From: Convolutriloba macropyga
Lineage: Eukaryota
Assembly: GCF_964194025.1 (NCBI RefSeq)
Contig: NC_134470.1
Location: 32,488,001 to 32,552,000, forward strand
DNA: 64,000 nucleotides
Reading direction: 5' to 3'
Below are positions 12,602-24,989 of the stretch, piece after piece. Position 1 is the stretch's first letter. Each line of letters starts with the position of its first letter. The notes beneath the pieces were generated by a model. The model saw nothing but the letters and a program-made list of their open reading frames with translations, searched no databases and was not told the DNA's origin. The translations under genes and the position numbers were made by a program.

Positions 12602-14156
12602 ATGACATGGCGCAGTCAGCAGGATACCGATACGCCTAATACCGATACTACAACAGTCACTTCACCATCTAATGACGATCTCTATACGGACGCATTTAAT
12701 TTTGCATCATCCAAAACATTTTCGAGTACCCTGATGGCAAGCTTTACTTCAAAAGACGCCATCCTCAAGGCGACCAGGGACTGCGTTCTCCCAGAAAATG
12801 AGGACAGATGTAAACAGATAAGCCCCTATATCCATAGTTTTTGGAAGGAACTGCACGTTAAGAATGGATGTGTGTGCATAGACGATCGCATCGCCATACC
12901 GAACTCAATCAAGGACGCCTATGTGGAGGCAATCAATGCAACACACCCAGGGTGTTGGGGGATGGTAGATATGGCGACACATGCATGGTGGCCGTACATG
13001 CATCGTGATATCGTAACAAAAACGGCAAAAAGCAACCCTTGTGTAAAATTGGTAAAAATTTAAAGTCTCTTATTCCCGCAAACAAATGGGCACCAATAAA
13101 ATTATGCAAAGTACCAAATAAGGAAATTCAAATCGATTTGGGGGAGCAATTTATAATGAAAAGAATCAAGAAGTTTACTTTCTTGCATGTATAGATCGAT
13201 TTTCTAAACTTCCGTCAGCGGAGGTATCTGATAGAGCAAATGCAGATAATATTTTGAAATTCCTTCAAGAATATGTTTTGCTACACGGAGTACCTCGTTC
13301 TATTAGACTATACCAAGCGCGGTGTCAAACAGGTCAACGGATTAAAGCATTTGTAATCAAAATAATATACAATTAATTGAAGCTCCAATACATGACCACA
13401 GATCAATCGGACTTGTTGTAAGGCTAATTCAAACAATCAAGAATCGCTTAGCATGTATTAAAACGGCGGCGCGAAATCAATTTAGTTTGAAAGCATCAGT
13501 AAACTCTATTATATACCAACTAGTTATATGCCGCCAAAAGACTATAAATATATCACCATTTGAAGAACACTTTGGAAGAAAAGCGAAAACTCCATTAAGT
13601 AATATATCAACTGAACCTGACACTAGTAGTCTCACATAAAACGAATTATGAATAAATATTTATATATGGAGACAGTCCGTTGGGAAGACCAGTCCTGATT
13701 TCGGAGAAAAATTGGAACGTGGAGGCCAGAAGCGACATCGAGTTGGAACTAAATAGAGACAAACTAAGCAAAGATGCGGTCAGACGGAGCAACGTAGATA
13801 CTGACAAGGAACCTCGAGTAATTCCCCACCCAGATGTTGATATGGCAGTTCCACGAACAGAGACTTCTCTTAAAGTAAAACTGGCAAAGAAGAAACCAAA
13901 GAGCAAGAGGTCAAAGAAATGTCTCGATGGTCTCTACGAGGTTCTGGCTTCTGGATCTTCTGTATTCAAGACAGACGCTTTTACATCTGTAATCAAAGAA
14001 CCGGGGAAGAGAGAAGTTACAATTCGCAACTCTGATTTGGCAAAGTTTGGGACAAAGGCAGAACGCCTATCAGACCTACAATTCTATGCTAACAAGAGGC
14101 CGAAAGTACCGTCAGGGAAGATAACTGAGGACTTAATCAACCAGCATGCGAGATAG
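12602..14156 (+). pseudogene. pol: Gypsy integrase remnant (H2C2 zinc-binding domain, frameshifted rve core, C-terminal region)
   Basis: DRIAIP...THPG...WWPYMHRDI...PC, then EIQID, IDRFSK, HGVPRSIR and SPFEEHFGR across shifted frames. Confidence 0.85.
12608..12625 (+). other. Primer binding site, tRNA-Ser type (TGGCGCAGTCAGCAGGAT)
   Basis: Directly after the 5' LTR; complementary to a eukaryotic tRNA-Ser 3' end. Confidence 0.7.
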
Positions 14157-16067
14157 GCGAAAAAAATTGGAGGTTAATAAAAAAATGAAACATAAAAGGA
14201 TCGCAGATGATGTCAGTGCCGTTTCATCCATCCACTCAAACGTGACGAGAGCGTTGCCAGTACGAATGCCTGTAAAACCAAAGAAAACTTTAGTACCCGC
14301 ACCGCCATAGGCACCATCTGAAAACGTAACTGAATTCGCGCCAACAAAGGAGCTTCCACTTTCATCTATTGTAATCGCAGAGCCACCATCGAGACCAAAG
14401 AGGAAAGCAGCAACAAAGGCAACAGAGGCTTTCCAGCCAATACCGAAAAGAAAAAGATCCTCCCCGTCAATTACAGAATCTCACGAGTTTTTAGCTTCAA
14501 TTCAGACATCCACCGACAACATGCTCATCTTCTGCACCTTCGCGACACAAACGACGACAATTAATCAAACAAACGCAAATACAAAACAAGTCAATTGTCT
14601 CAAAATTTCAAAAAACTGCAGCCAAAAGTCAAAATGTAGAGTCTGACTATACAGTAGGTCCGTGTTCTCCAGTACAAACCTACCCGACTCAATACTACAT
14701 TTCACCAAATTACGAGGGACCAGAAATGTCTATGACAGTTGGTGAAGCGGAAAGGTTATAAGAAAGTGATTCTGATTAAAACTTTCATAAACATTACAGT
14801 ATTATTTATAGTAACCAGCAGTCATGTTATTAATTTCTTGATAAACTATTTCGTCGTTTATTTTGTCGAGGGAGAAATGTGATATAGCATGATTTAGTAT
14901 GGATGAGGCTATCATTTTGGGAGTACTAAATCCTCCTAATTTAATTTAATTTAAATTATTTCAATTTCATTAACTTTTAGTTCCATTTTTAGTCATTTCC
15001 TGTTTGACGATCAAATCTTCATTATTTCATGCTTGTTGAATTTGTTTACATATCTTACTGAAACCATTTTCTGTTCATGTCGTCTAGTAATTCGGTTTGC
15101 CGCAATTTGTAAAGTTTACTTATGATCAAATTGTTGATCACATTCAGTTAATTTTAATTTCATCATTCATCTCAATTCTGTATTTAGGTTCAGTTGCATC
15201 TCTTTTAATCAAAAATTCGTACTGCAGATCGCTTAAGTAGACAATTCTACTCAAAGTCTAATTTCGCTATGCGAAATACTAGTTTAAAAAGTAAAGCTAA
15301 ATTCGCGTCGCCAAATACACATAAATTTAGCACTCAGAAAAGTGAATCTTCTGAATACAAAATTAATAGCGAATTCGCTCCGCGAAATAGCCAATTACTT
15401 CTGAATAACAAATCTCTAAATTTGGCACCGCTGAATTCATTCTGAATACAGTAACGAAATCTGTATGACAGAAGGCTTTCTGAAAAACCAATAGATAAGT
15501 CACGAGTTTTCTAAAATGGTCAAATACGGTACTTTGTCCAATCCGCTGCGAAAAATGGGCAAATAATCGGCAAACGCTGGTGTTGCTGTTTAAATATCTG
15601 AGAGTATTTGCGTGCTAATTTTTGTGGATAAAAACTAACCAACCCGATATTTACAGTTTGCAATTCTGCATTTTATTGCACAAGAAACTAAACCAGTTAT
15701 TACACACGCGAAAATGTAGTTTTAACCGGGAATAAATACAGGATTGAAGAAAAAACACGTGATTGAAAAAGATATGACATGCAAATTAAACTGACACACA
15801 GCACCTAACTTTAGGAGAGTGTGGGATGGTTCGACCATCAGCTGCCAGAAAGCAATATCTGCATTGTTGGATAACAACCCAGTTATAAACAACAATTTCC
15901 ATTGTAGAGAAAACATTGATCGTTAGTTCTGTTGTTTATGGTTTAGGAGCCGTAATACCTAATCAACTCTTGCGTGGGATAAACTGTCCAATCTGAATAG
16001 TAGAAAGAAGTGGAAGTGTACATCAAAAAATACAGTACTCGGGTCGAGGTTTTTACCCAAAAATACC

Positions 16068-16550
16068 GGGGAAAAGAGTGTAAAGAGTGTAAAAATAAAA
16101 AAATTCCCCCCTATTTCTCCGCTTAATTAAGGGTGGAAGAGTGGAATTGAAAGAGTGGAATTTTAAAAATTTAGAGTGGAAAGAGTGGAAAAATAATTAT
16201 TTCCACTGTTAAAAATTACACTTAATTTTTATTTTTACACTCTTATAATTTCACTCTTAAAATTATTTGTACACTCTTCCACCCTTATTAAAAAAATTCC
16301 ACTCTTTGAATTACACTCTTCCACCCTTAATTAAGCGGAGAAATAGGGGGGGAATTTTTTTATTTTTACACTCTTTACACTCTTTTCCCCAGTTCATAGC
16401 GCCGGAATTAAAGTGGAAATATTTTATTTTTACACTCTTTACACTCTTTTCCCCGTAAAATATATCGGAATAAAGGTGGAATTAATTCACTATTACACTC
16501 TTTCCACGCAAGCCAGAACAAAGGTGGAATTTTTTTATTTTTACACTCTT
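16068..16550. repeat. Left subterminal repeat region, including palindrome 16068-16390
   Basis: Many AAGAGTG(T/G)AA / TT(A/C)CACTCTT motifs; ~80-bp near-perfect inverted arms. Confidence 0.85.
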
Positions 16551-16857
16551 AAATGCACCAACCTAGAAAGCAGCTCCATAATGAAGATGAAGAGCAGAGG
16601 GTTCGACAACTCCACAAAGTCCGAATATTTAAAGTCTTTTTAGCACTGTGAGCTGCATGAAGATCTCAACAATAATAGGAAAACAACTTTTTTGCTTGAA
16701 AGCAAATTTTATCAAGGAGTTTCCCTACCAATGTTGAGAAAAAAGTGCACCTCTAAAGAGCTAAGACTTTTTAAATAACACATATAAGCAAGCTGAAACC
16801 AACATAAGCATATCATCACATCATAAGCATAGACAAACTCAAACCAAAAAGCAACCG

Positions 16858-17000
16858 AAGCGAGAGACGAGCGTCAGACGAACAAGACGAGCGAGAGACG
16901 AGCGAGAGACGAGCGAAAGACGAGCGAGAGACGAGCGAGAGACGAGCGAGAGACGAGCGAGAGACGAGCGAAAGACGAGCGAGAGACGAGCGAGAGAGCG
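16858..17000. repeat. 11-bp minisatellite (GCGAGAGACGA)n
   Basis: Direct reading, about 12 units. Confidence 0.95.
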
Positions 17001-17089
17001 CAAGAGCCAAGGGAGGGGGGATAGAACACCGAAAAATCTTGACGCCCGAAAGGCGTCCCACCCATTTTTGACGTAATTTCATTGCTTTT

Positions 17090-19142
17090 GCAAAATTCCG
17101 TATAAAACTAACTTTTTTCCTAGGCAAACTATGACAAAAACTCTTTTTGTCATACACACTAGGTACACATGGGATACTCCATGCCAACATTGGTTTGATT
17201 TCGACAACTCTAAGACCCAATAAAAAAAAACTGTAGTTAAAATTCGTTATTCGCAAAAATTGCAAATTTCCGTATGAAAAACTAGCTTTTTTCTAGAAAA
17301 GTTATAGCAAAAATTCCTTTTGCATTACACTCTAGGTACACATGGGATACTCCATATCGAGTTTGGTTCGATTTGGACAACTCCTTGACCTAATCAAAAA
17401 GACCTATTTTTAAAAATTATTTAAAGTTAATTATTCGAATTAATCGGAAATTAAGGTACGAAAAGCTAACTTTTTTCCTAGACAAGGTACAGCAAAAATT
17501 CTTTTTGTTTTTCACTCTAGGTACCCATGGGATACTACATACCGAGTTTAGTTTGATTTCGACAACTCCTTGACCCGACGAAAAAGACCTATTTTTAAAA
17601 TTCGTTATTCCCGAAGTTCGCAGATTTCAGAATGAAAACCTAACTTTTTTTCCTAGAAAAACTATAGCAAAAATTCCTTTTGCATTACACTCTAGGTACA
17701 CATGGGATACTCCATACCGAGTTTGGTTCGATTTGGACAACTCCTTGACCTAATCAAAAAGACCTATTTTTAAAAATTATTTAAAATAAATTATTCGAAT
17801 TAATCGGAAATTAACGTACGAAAAGCTAACTTTTTTCCTAGAAAAGCTATTGCAAAAATTCTTTTTGTTTTTCAGTCTAAGTACACATGGGATGTTACAT
17901 ACCGAGTTTGGTTCGATTTGGACAACTCCTTGACCCGACGCAAAAGACCTATTTTTAAAATTCGTTATTCCCGAAGTTCGCAGATTTCAGAATGAAAACC
18001 TAACTTTTTTTCCTAGAAAAACTATAGCAAAAATTCCTTTTGCATTACACTCTAGGTACACATGGGATACTCCATACCGAGTTTGGTTCGATTTGGACAA
18101 CTCCTTGACCTAATCAAAAAGACCTATTTTTAAAAATTATTTAAAATTAATTATTCGAATTAATCGGAAATTAACGTACGAAAAGCTAACTTTTTTCCTA
18201 GACAAGCTATAGCAAAAATTCTTTTTGTTTTAGACTCTAGGCACCCATAGTATACTCAGTACTCAGTTTGGTTCACATTGGACAACTCCATGACCCGACG
18301 AAAAAGACCTATTTTTAAAATTACTTATTTGAAATAATAGCAAATTTCCGAATGAAAAACTAACTTTTTTCCTAGGCAAGCTATACCAAAAATTCTTTCT
18401 GTTTTAGAATCTAGGCACCCATGGTAAACTCAGTACTCAGTTTGGTTCACTTTGGACAACTCCTTGACCCGACGAAAAAGACCTATTTTTAAAATTACTT
18501 ATTTGAAAAAATAGCAAATTTCCGAATGAAAAATTAACTTTTTTCCTAGGCAAGCTATTCCAAAAATTCTTTCTGTTTTAGACTCTAGACACCCATGGTA
18601 TACTCAATAGTCAGTTTGGTTCACTTTGGACAACTCCTTGACCCGACGAAAAAGACCTGTTTTTAAAATTTGTTATTCGCGAAATTCGCAAATTTCCGTA
18701 TGAAAACCTAACTTTTTTCCTAGAAAAGCTATAGCAAAAATTCCTTTTGCAATACGCTTTAGGTACACATGGGATACTCCATATTGAGTTTGGTTCGATT
18801 TGGATAACTCCTTGATCCGACGAAATAGACCAATTTTTAAAATTCAATAATTGCAATTTATTTGAAATAATAGCAAATTTTCGTATGAAAAACTAACTTT
18901 TTTCCTAGGCAAGCTATACCAAAAATACTTTCTGTTTTAGACTTTAGGCACCCATGGTATACTCAATACTCAGTTTGGTTCACTTTGAACAACTCCTTGA
19001 CCCGACGAAAAAGACCTATTTTTAAAATTCGTTATTCGCGAAATTCGCAAATTTCCGTATGAAAACCTAACTTTTTTCCTAGAAAAGCTATAGCGAAAAT
19101 TCTTTCTACTCTAAATTTTTAGTACACAGGGAATACTCCATG
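17090..19142 (+). repeat. Satellite array 1 (alternating ~188/~172-bp monomers, 360-bp dimer)
   Basis: CATGGGATACTCCATA recurs at 17341, 17701 and 18061; core GAGTTTGGTTC(G/A)ATTTGGACAACTCCTTGACC. Confidence 0.95.
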
Positions 19143-19163
19143 CACACATATAATCGTACATGC

Positions 19164-19164
<1 letters not shown>

Positions 19165-19213
<49 letters not shown>
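19165..19213. repeat. (TA)n microsatellite
   Basis: Direct reading. Confidence 0.95.
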
Positions 19214-19216
<3 letters not shown>

Positions 19217-19488
19217 ATAAGTTTGCGTAATTAAGAATAAAAAGAATCCGGAACATAGATCTACATTATTCGAAAGTATCGGGCAAATTAAATCGAAAAG
19301 GGACACAAACAGCAGAAATTTATACAACTGAATGAACAAAGAAATCACATTTTGAACTAGTTTCTCATAATAAATAATAAATTTCAGTACTAAAAAGTAA
19401 TTTTTTTTCTGAAAAAAAATCAGCGCTAGGAGACAGTTCAAAGATAAATACTGATTGAAGTCTGAAGTTATTCAAGTTCAACTCAACA

Positions 19489-22400
19489 TTAGTCATGCTC
19501 GAAATGTGTGAGCACATGAATGAAGTATAAGTTGTCGAGAAACAAAAATGGAATAAGTTTGCTATCTATTAAACTGCACATCAAAACTCGAACTTCTGAG
19601 GACTTCTCGACAAGATAACCAAGAGGCTTAAAGTTGATTTTACGTTCACGAAAATCAGTTGACGAAAGATCCAAAACTATTTTGTCAACAACGTCATAGA
19701 GCTGAACAGCGCACATAAACACTGAATCTTGCTCAATGAATAACAAGATCTGGCCTACCAAAATTTCGTTCTCCGAAGAAAAAGAAACAAAACTGTTTGA
19801 TTCAGATCTTGTGTATAATTGGCTGTCCAGATTAAAATTGCCTTGATATCTGCAGAACAACCGGGGTCCGGGAAACTTGCTTTGAAAATTTTTGTACACT
19901 TCGTTTTGCTTCATAGAATATTCCTCCTTCAAGCTGCTTTGTTTGCCCCTCAACGTCTCCAAAAATCCTGCTAAATTATCATCTTTCACCTCCAAGGCAT
20001 CAAAGTGTCTGTTCCGAATGTATCATTTGACAATGAGGCTGCACGTATTGACAGTGCCAGTTAAGTTAAGGTCCTGATAAGATGATTATTGGCACTTTCG
20101 AACATTGTTGCTGACGTAGTCCACAGGGGTCCAAAAAACTTGCATTGCCATGCTAAATGTCGAAGCAGATGGAAATTAATGGAGTCGAATTTCTTTAAGG
20201 GATAACGAAGGGACATTGTAGCAGAAAGCTTCTAAAAGGTAACCACAAAACTCTGCCTCGGCTTCACTTTCGTACATAGAGCGGAGGGAGAAGACCAAGT
20301 AATTGAGACTTTGCAGATTCGACTGATGCGCCACGGAGCTTTCTGGATATGTTTGGAACACAATTGGCGCAAAGTAAAGCAGGAAAGTTTTCAGTTCTTT
20401 AGCTTTGAAGTACTCGCGTGATCTCAATGATCTAATCGATCTCTTGAATTCGTTTGGTAAGACAACTTGTTTTGTGGCGCCATCAATTATTTATAATTCG
20501 ACGGAGCTCAGCTGTTCAGCAAAAAAGTTGATCAAGTCATTCGCAACTCCTTTGAGACATTGGTGCATTGTATCAACGGGACAAGTCAACGGGAGATTTG
20601 GAATTACTTTGAACAGATATGAGCGCCCCTTCACTCCAAGCGTATCGACCTCTGGATCTTTCTCCTTTCTACTTTTCCTCTCTTCTACACTCCCACTCTC
20701 AAATTGTCTTACAAGGTACTCGTGCATCCCAGGATCACGCATTGTAAAAGTTTCATTGTTCGGATACGAGCGACTACCTGGATATTTTTGCACGCCTCGC
20801 ATGGTACACAAACCGCATCCATAGTGTCCGTCGAACTTTTTCATTTTTACGTCATGCTTGCAAACAAGATCCAGTATCACAAAAACAGTTGTAAACTTCA
20901 GTTCGTATTCCACCCCATTCACTTTAATCTTCCTGTTTTTCGATATTTCAGAAGAATAGTGCTCAAATATCGAATCCCAGTGTATACTTCCTTTGCCATA
21001 CCACAAGGAACACAGAAAAATATTATCAAATGAAGCTCGTAGTTTCGGTGGTAGGTCAGCCAGAGCAACCCAAACAGGATAAGCCGAGCAGTCACTGGAC
21101 TCTTGCACCCGAACTCCATCTGTATTGAGAATAAGCTTGAAAGTGACTGTATTTCCATCGAACAAATCTGCGAGCTTCAGATCTGTTTTGGTATCTGGAT
21201 TAGCATAGGCTAAAATTTCATTTATGTACTTTTCAATTTTTTCCTGAATTTTATCAGCAAAACTCAGAAAAATAGCTTCCCCACTGCCGTTAGCCTCTGT
21301 CCCTTTGATGTATCGGTCAGTTAATTTCCTTGTTTCATTTTTTATGAAATTGGGGGCCGGTAAATTGTCTTGCGGATGAAGTATTTTTTGCCACCTCAGG
21401 AGGTCATACAAAGCTTCGTCAGGTAAACAATGCCTTGCAACAATTCCAAACAAAGCCATTGATGCATTATGAGCAGTGACATTTTGATTGCAACTCAGAG
21501 GGGCTGACGAGAAAGAAAATTCGACTTCCTGGTCCTGCTCGGTTTCTTCACCCTCGTCACTTGATTCTTCTTCGGACTGCGATTATGGAACTGAAGTGGC
21601 ATCTTGAGTAGAAATGTCAGACTCAAATTCATTACTATGTAGAGTTGCACGCTCATCCGTTCTCTCTATCTTGTCACCAAGCGAAATTTCTAACTCCGAA
21701 GATCTGCTAGAATCTACTTGATGAATGAATGCCCGAATTTGTCGACTTGATGAATCGTCAACCAGTCTTCTCTTCACTTTCCGTTTTCATTGACTTGAAT
21801 TTCGTCTTTTTCTGTCAGCTTGAGAAATGATAGGGGTCGCGGAACTTGATTGACTTGCTGAATACTGTGATCCAGTAATTGATGATTCTGTCGATTGGGA
21901 AAGACTGATTGGAATCTGGGGCGTAAAAGACTCTTGAGGATTTTCCTGCATCAAACTTTCGTGTTTTTCTGTATGTGGGCATCTACATTTTAGCCGACCA
22001 TCTTTGAAGTAATTTGAACCGTAACTTACGGTGATTTCTTCATAGGGCTATACTGAAGTTATTACTTTAAGGAAAACGCATTTGTTATGCGGAAGGAAGG
22101 GGCTGGTGTAACCAAGAAAAAATTGTGTGTTAGGAGAGCAGGAGTGATTGGCGAAACGAATCGGGCCGAGTAGGACTTGTTCATCGGCGTCCAACTCACC
22201 CCGCATGACTGAAAGATCGGACATTTCGTTTTGAAGCTCGGCAGGGACGCTTTTGACAGGGCCGACAGGAAATGGCCTAAGGGGTTCAAGTGATGGCTTC
22301 AAAACCCGGCCTGTATGATTAAATATTCCAAAGCCTCCAAATTTGTCCGGTAAGATCTTGAAACCAGATTGATCACACTGCTCATAAAGGTCTTTCAGCG

Positions 22401-22560
22401 AATAATACACTTTCATAAGCTTTTTGTCAAACTTCAGACAATTTTCAAATTCCTCGAAACTGTTTAAAGGCAGCATTGACTCAAGAGATACATCCAAATC
22501 TTTGAGCAATTGACGAACCACTTGCCCATCCGCAATAACTAGGTCTTCACAATTAATCAT
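19489..22560 (-). pseudogene. SET domain (Suv4-20-like) - linker - EnSpm/CACTA DDE transposase fusion, ~1020 aa when restored
   Basis: ORFs with upper coordinates 22740, 21777, 21459 and 20427 share one frame, separated only by single stops (22048, 21787, 21583, 20491). Frameshifts at ~20215 and ~20065 (TTAAC duplication); stop at 20023. SET motifs: GFGIF, DLSVM, LGPIRFANHSCSPN, EEITVSYG, CRC. Transposase motifs: LNTDG, DLPP..R, YGCGLC, GVKG, VDTMH, FKAKE, NFHLLRHL..GPLW..S..FES. Confidence 0.85.
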
Positions 22561-22991
22561 AATTCTGCAAAAATTGGGAAACGATTTAGAAACGAGTTGC
22601 TTTAAAAAGAAAAACTCATAAACCCGGTGAATAAAAAAACAAGGTAAAAAATCAAACATTGCCTTGGTTTTTAGGTGAATATCAGTTTCTTGAAGAAAAA
22701 ACAGCCTTTTAATAGTTGAATTACCTGAACGGTTACACATATAAAAAATTTGGATTGCAGAACTGATTAACGTTAAAACATGAAAATAAAATAAAACTCA
22801 TTGAACAAGCAATCAAAATTGTACTATAAAATATACAACTAAACGTGATCTGAGGCATAAAACTGAGACGAAGAGCAAACAAGTATATATACTGATCAGT
22901 TTATCACAAACAATTACTAATCTGTAAAGGTGTTCTCAAAAGTCGAAGAAAGTAAAACTTTCAGTTAGATTTTGAAGTTCAAACTATCTCT

Positions 22992-24593
22992 TCAGTTGGA
23001 CTCACTCACTGTTGAGCCACCACCCCTTTTTCTACAGTCCTTTCCATACTGATTTGCCGCTTTTCTCGCCTCCTCGCATGCCAGGTTCGGGGTATCAGGG
23101 TAATTCTGCTTCACGACATCTAAATGCAAAAAAAAACTTCTAAATGCGATTTATTAGTCATGCTGCTTTATTAAAAGTTACGGTTTTTCTCTCGTTTTCG
23201 AGCTTTAGCATCTCAGATTGAAAGTCAAAGTGAAAAAATTTCAAGGCGGGAAAAGTGAACAAGTTTCAACAAAACCAAAATAATTACAAAGGTTCTTACT
23301 CATAAACTTCTCCAGAAGGTTTTGAGGAGCTGCCGTCCTACCGTCATCCTCCCTCCGTCTAGGCGCAAGAATGAAGTTCCCACGATAACTTTCGCTGAAA
23401 AGCTTGTCATGAAGTGCCCTAGCCAGCTTTCCAACATCGACCCTGCATGTATGGACATCAGGTCTTCGCCCTCGTGGAGAATTACTTTGCTATGTGTAGC
23501 TCGTGAAGGGTGTTCGTCTACACTACGGAAGCCATGCACGTCCACGAAACGGACTTCCTTCAGCTCAGCAGTCTAAAAAAGTGCCTATATCGCAAAACTG
23601 TAGCAAAAACCTACATCTATCAGATGAGGAAAAGTGAAACAAAAAACTCCTTTCAAATATTCAGTTTCTGATGACAACGGTATAAAAGAAATGGAGAGCA
23701 AGCTTACTTTCTGATCGATTCTAGAGCACAGATTTGTCCGATTTGTTTCCTCTTTCTTCTTTTGCTCTTCAAAAGCTTTTCGCAGTGCGTCCATCGCTAG
23801 GGCATAAGAGTTCAAGAACTCATTGAGCAGCGGGCACTTTGGACCACATTCAGGGTTGTCCTCGTTTCGCGCTGTATTGTCAAAAGTAAGACTAGGTTGA
23901 ATCGAAGAGCATGGCTGCGTGAAGACCTCTTGTTCATCCTGGATACAAAAAAAACCAAATTGGCCTACTCGTCAATTAAAATAGAATGAACCAGCTAGTG
24001 AACTTTGCAAAATTTACATTTTTTGTTGCCTGAAACCTTTTCAATTTGTACTGATTGAAAAATACCTGTTCAAGAATCTGGCTTTGGTTGACCACTGGTT
24101 GCTGACTTGAGCTTGCTTTCAATTTCTTGGCTTTCCCACTTTCCTTGCCCATTGTAATCGCCGTGCTCGTCATATTCGGTGCACGAGATGAGCTCAAAAA
24201 GTCAACTTCTTCTACCAACGGAGATTTCGATGCTGTCAGAATTGTAGTCTTCAGACCCGAAGGCCGTTTTCCCGAGTCCATCTCTGCTTGCTAACTCAAC
24301 ATCGCCCGTTCTACATACTTCAAATTCCCTTTGGTCAAAAGGCGACAGGGATATATTTCTTCCTTCCTCCTCAAGTCATAGCTCTGACCCTCAATAATGC
24401 TCAATTTTTGCGACGGTTTGAGCTTTTCAGGCCACTTTGTGCTATTTAGACTTAGAAGTATTAACTCTTTGTCCACAAAGAGCCAGGCCATATTGTTCGA
24501 CACAAGGTTTGCCTTGATTGCATTCTCTCTTTTGGCTTCTGAGTCGAAGTGAAGGTTTTTCTTTGCCTGCTCTTGACGCGATGTTCTTTTCAT
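22992..24593 (-). pseudogene. BEN-domain-like accessory gene A (exons 24593-24066, 23938-23708, 23572-23300, 23119-22992)
   Basis: GT-AG introns with compatible phases. One stop (24291) and one 1-nt frameshift (~23440). Coiled coil, then KLARALHDKLFSE...GRTAAP..LEKFMNVVKQNYP...EARKAANQYGKDCRKR. Confidence 0.65.
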
Positions 24594-24843
24594 TTCTAAC
24601 ACTCTGAAAAACTTCAATCGAATTGAGATAGGAAAAAAGAAGACATAGTAAAAAGCTTTAGAAATTCTTCCAAATCATCTTTTTTCTCTCTTCACTTTTG
24701 TCATATCTACCATTCCAATGCTTAATTTTCTCTCTTTCTTTTCTTGAAGAAAATCACTATTGGTAAACATAGTAAATTTCAGAGAACTTTATGAGGAAAA
24801 CAAACATTACTACTATCAATGTTGGAATACATTGTAAATCAAT

Positions 24844-24845
<2 letters not shown>

Positions 24846-24875
<30 letters not shown>
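24846..24875. repeat. (CT)n microsatellite
   Basis: Direct reading. Confidence 0.95.
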
Positions 24876-24876
<1 letters not shown>

Positions 24877-24989
24877 AACATCCTTAAATTTGATGAATGA
24901 AAAACTGCGCTTCGTCAGTATTGAACAAAATAAGCAACTAAAATTACTGCACCTTTCCAAAAAAAGAAAACTACTCTATACAAAATGAA

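Larger units (their letters stand above)
11980..15470 (+). mobile_element. Internally deleted Ty3/Gypsy LTR retrotransposon
   Basis: LTRs 11980-12607 and 14878-15470 (TG...CA). TSD GAAGG at 11975-11979 and 15471-15475. PBS at 12608; PPT GAGGGAGAAA at 14868-14877. Confidence 0.95.

Noticed and set aside
16816-17265. 149-aa ORF with SRSSLARLSLV repeats
   Set aside because: Translation of the 11-bp minisatellite.
21960-22560. Host KMT5B/Suv4-20 gene or a SETMAR orthologue
   Set aside because: Intronless, divergent, stop-containing and inside a TIR-bounded block; the partner is a CMC transposase, not mariner.
19489-24593. Programmed stop read-through or an alternative genetic code explaining the in-frame stops
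   Set aside because: All three stop types occur alongside frameshifts, which fits ordinary decay.
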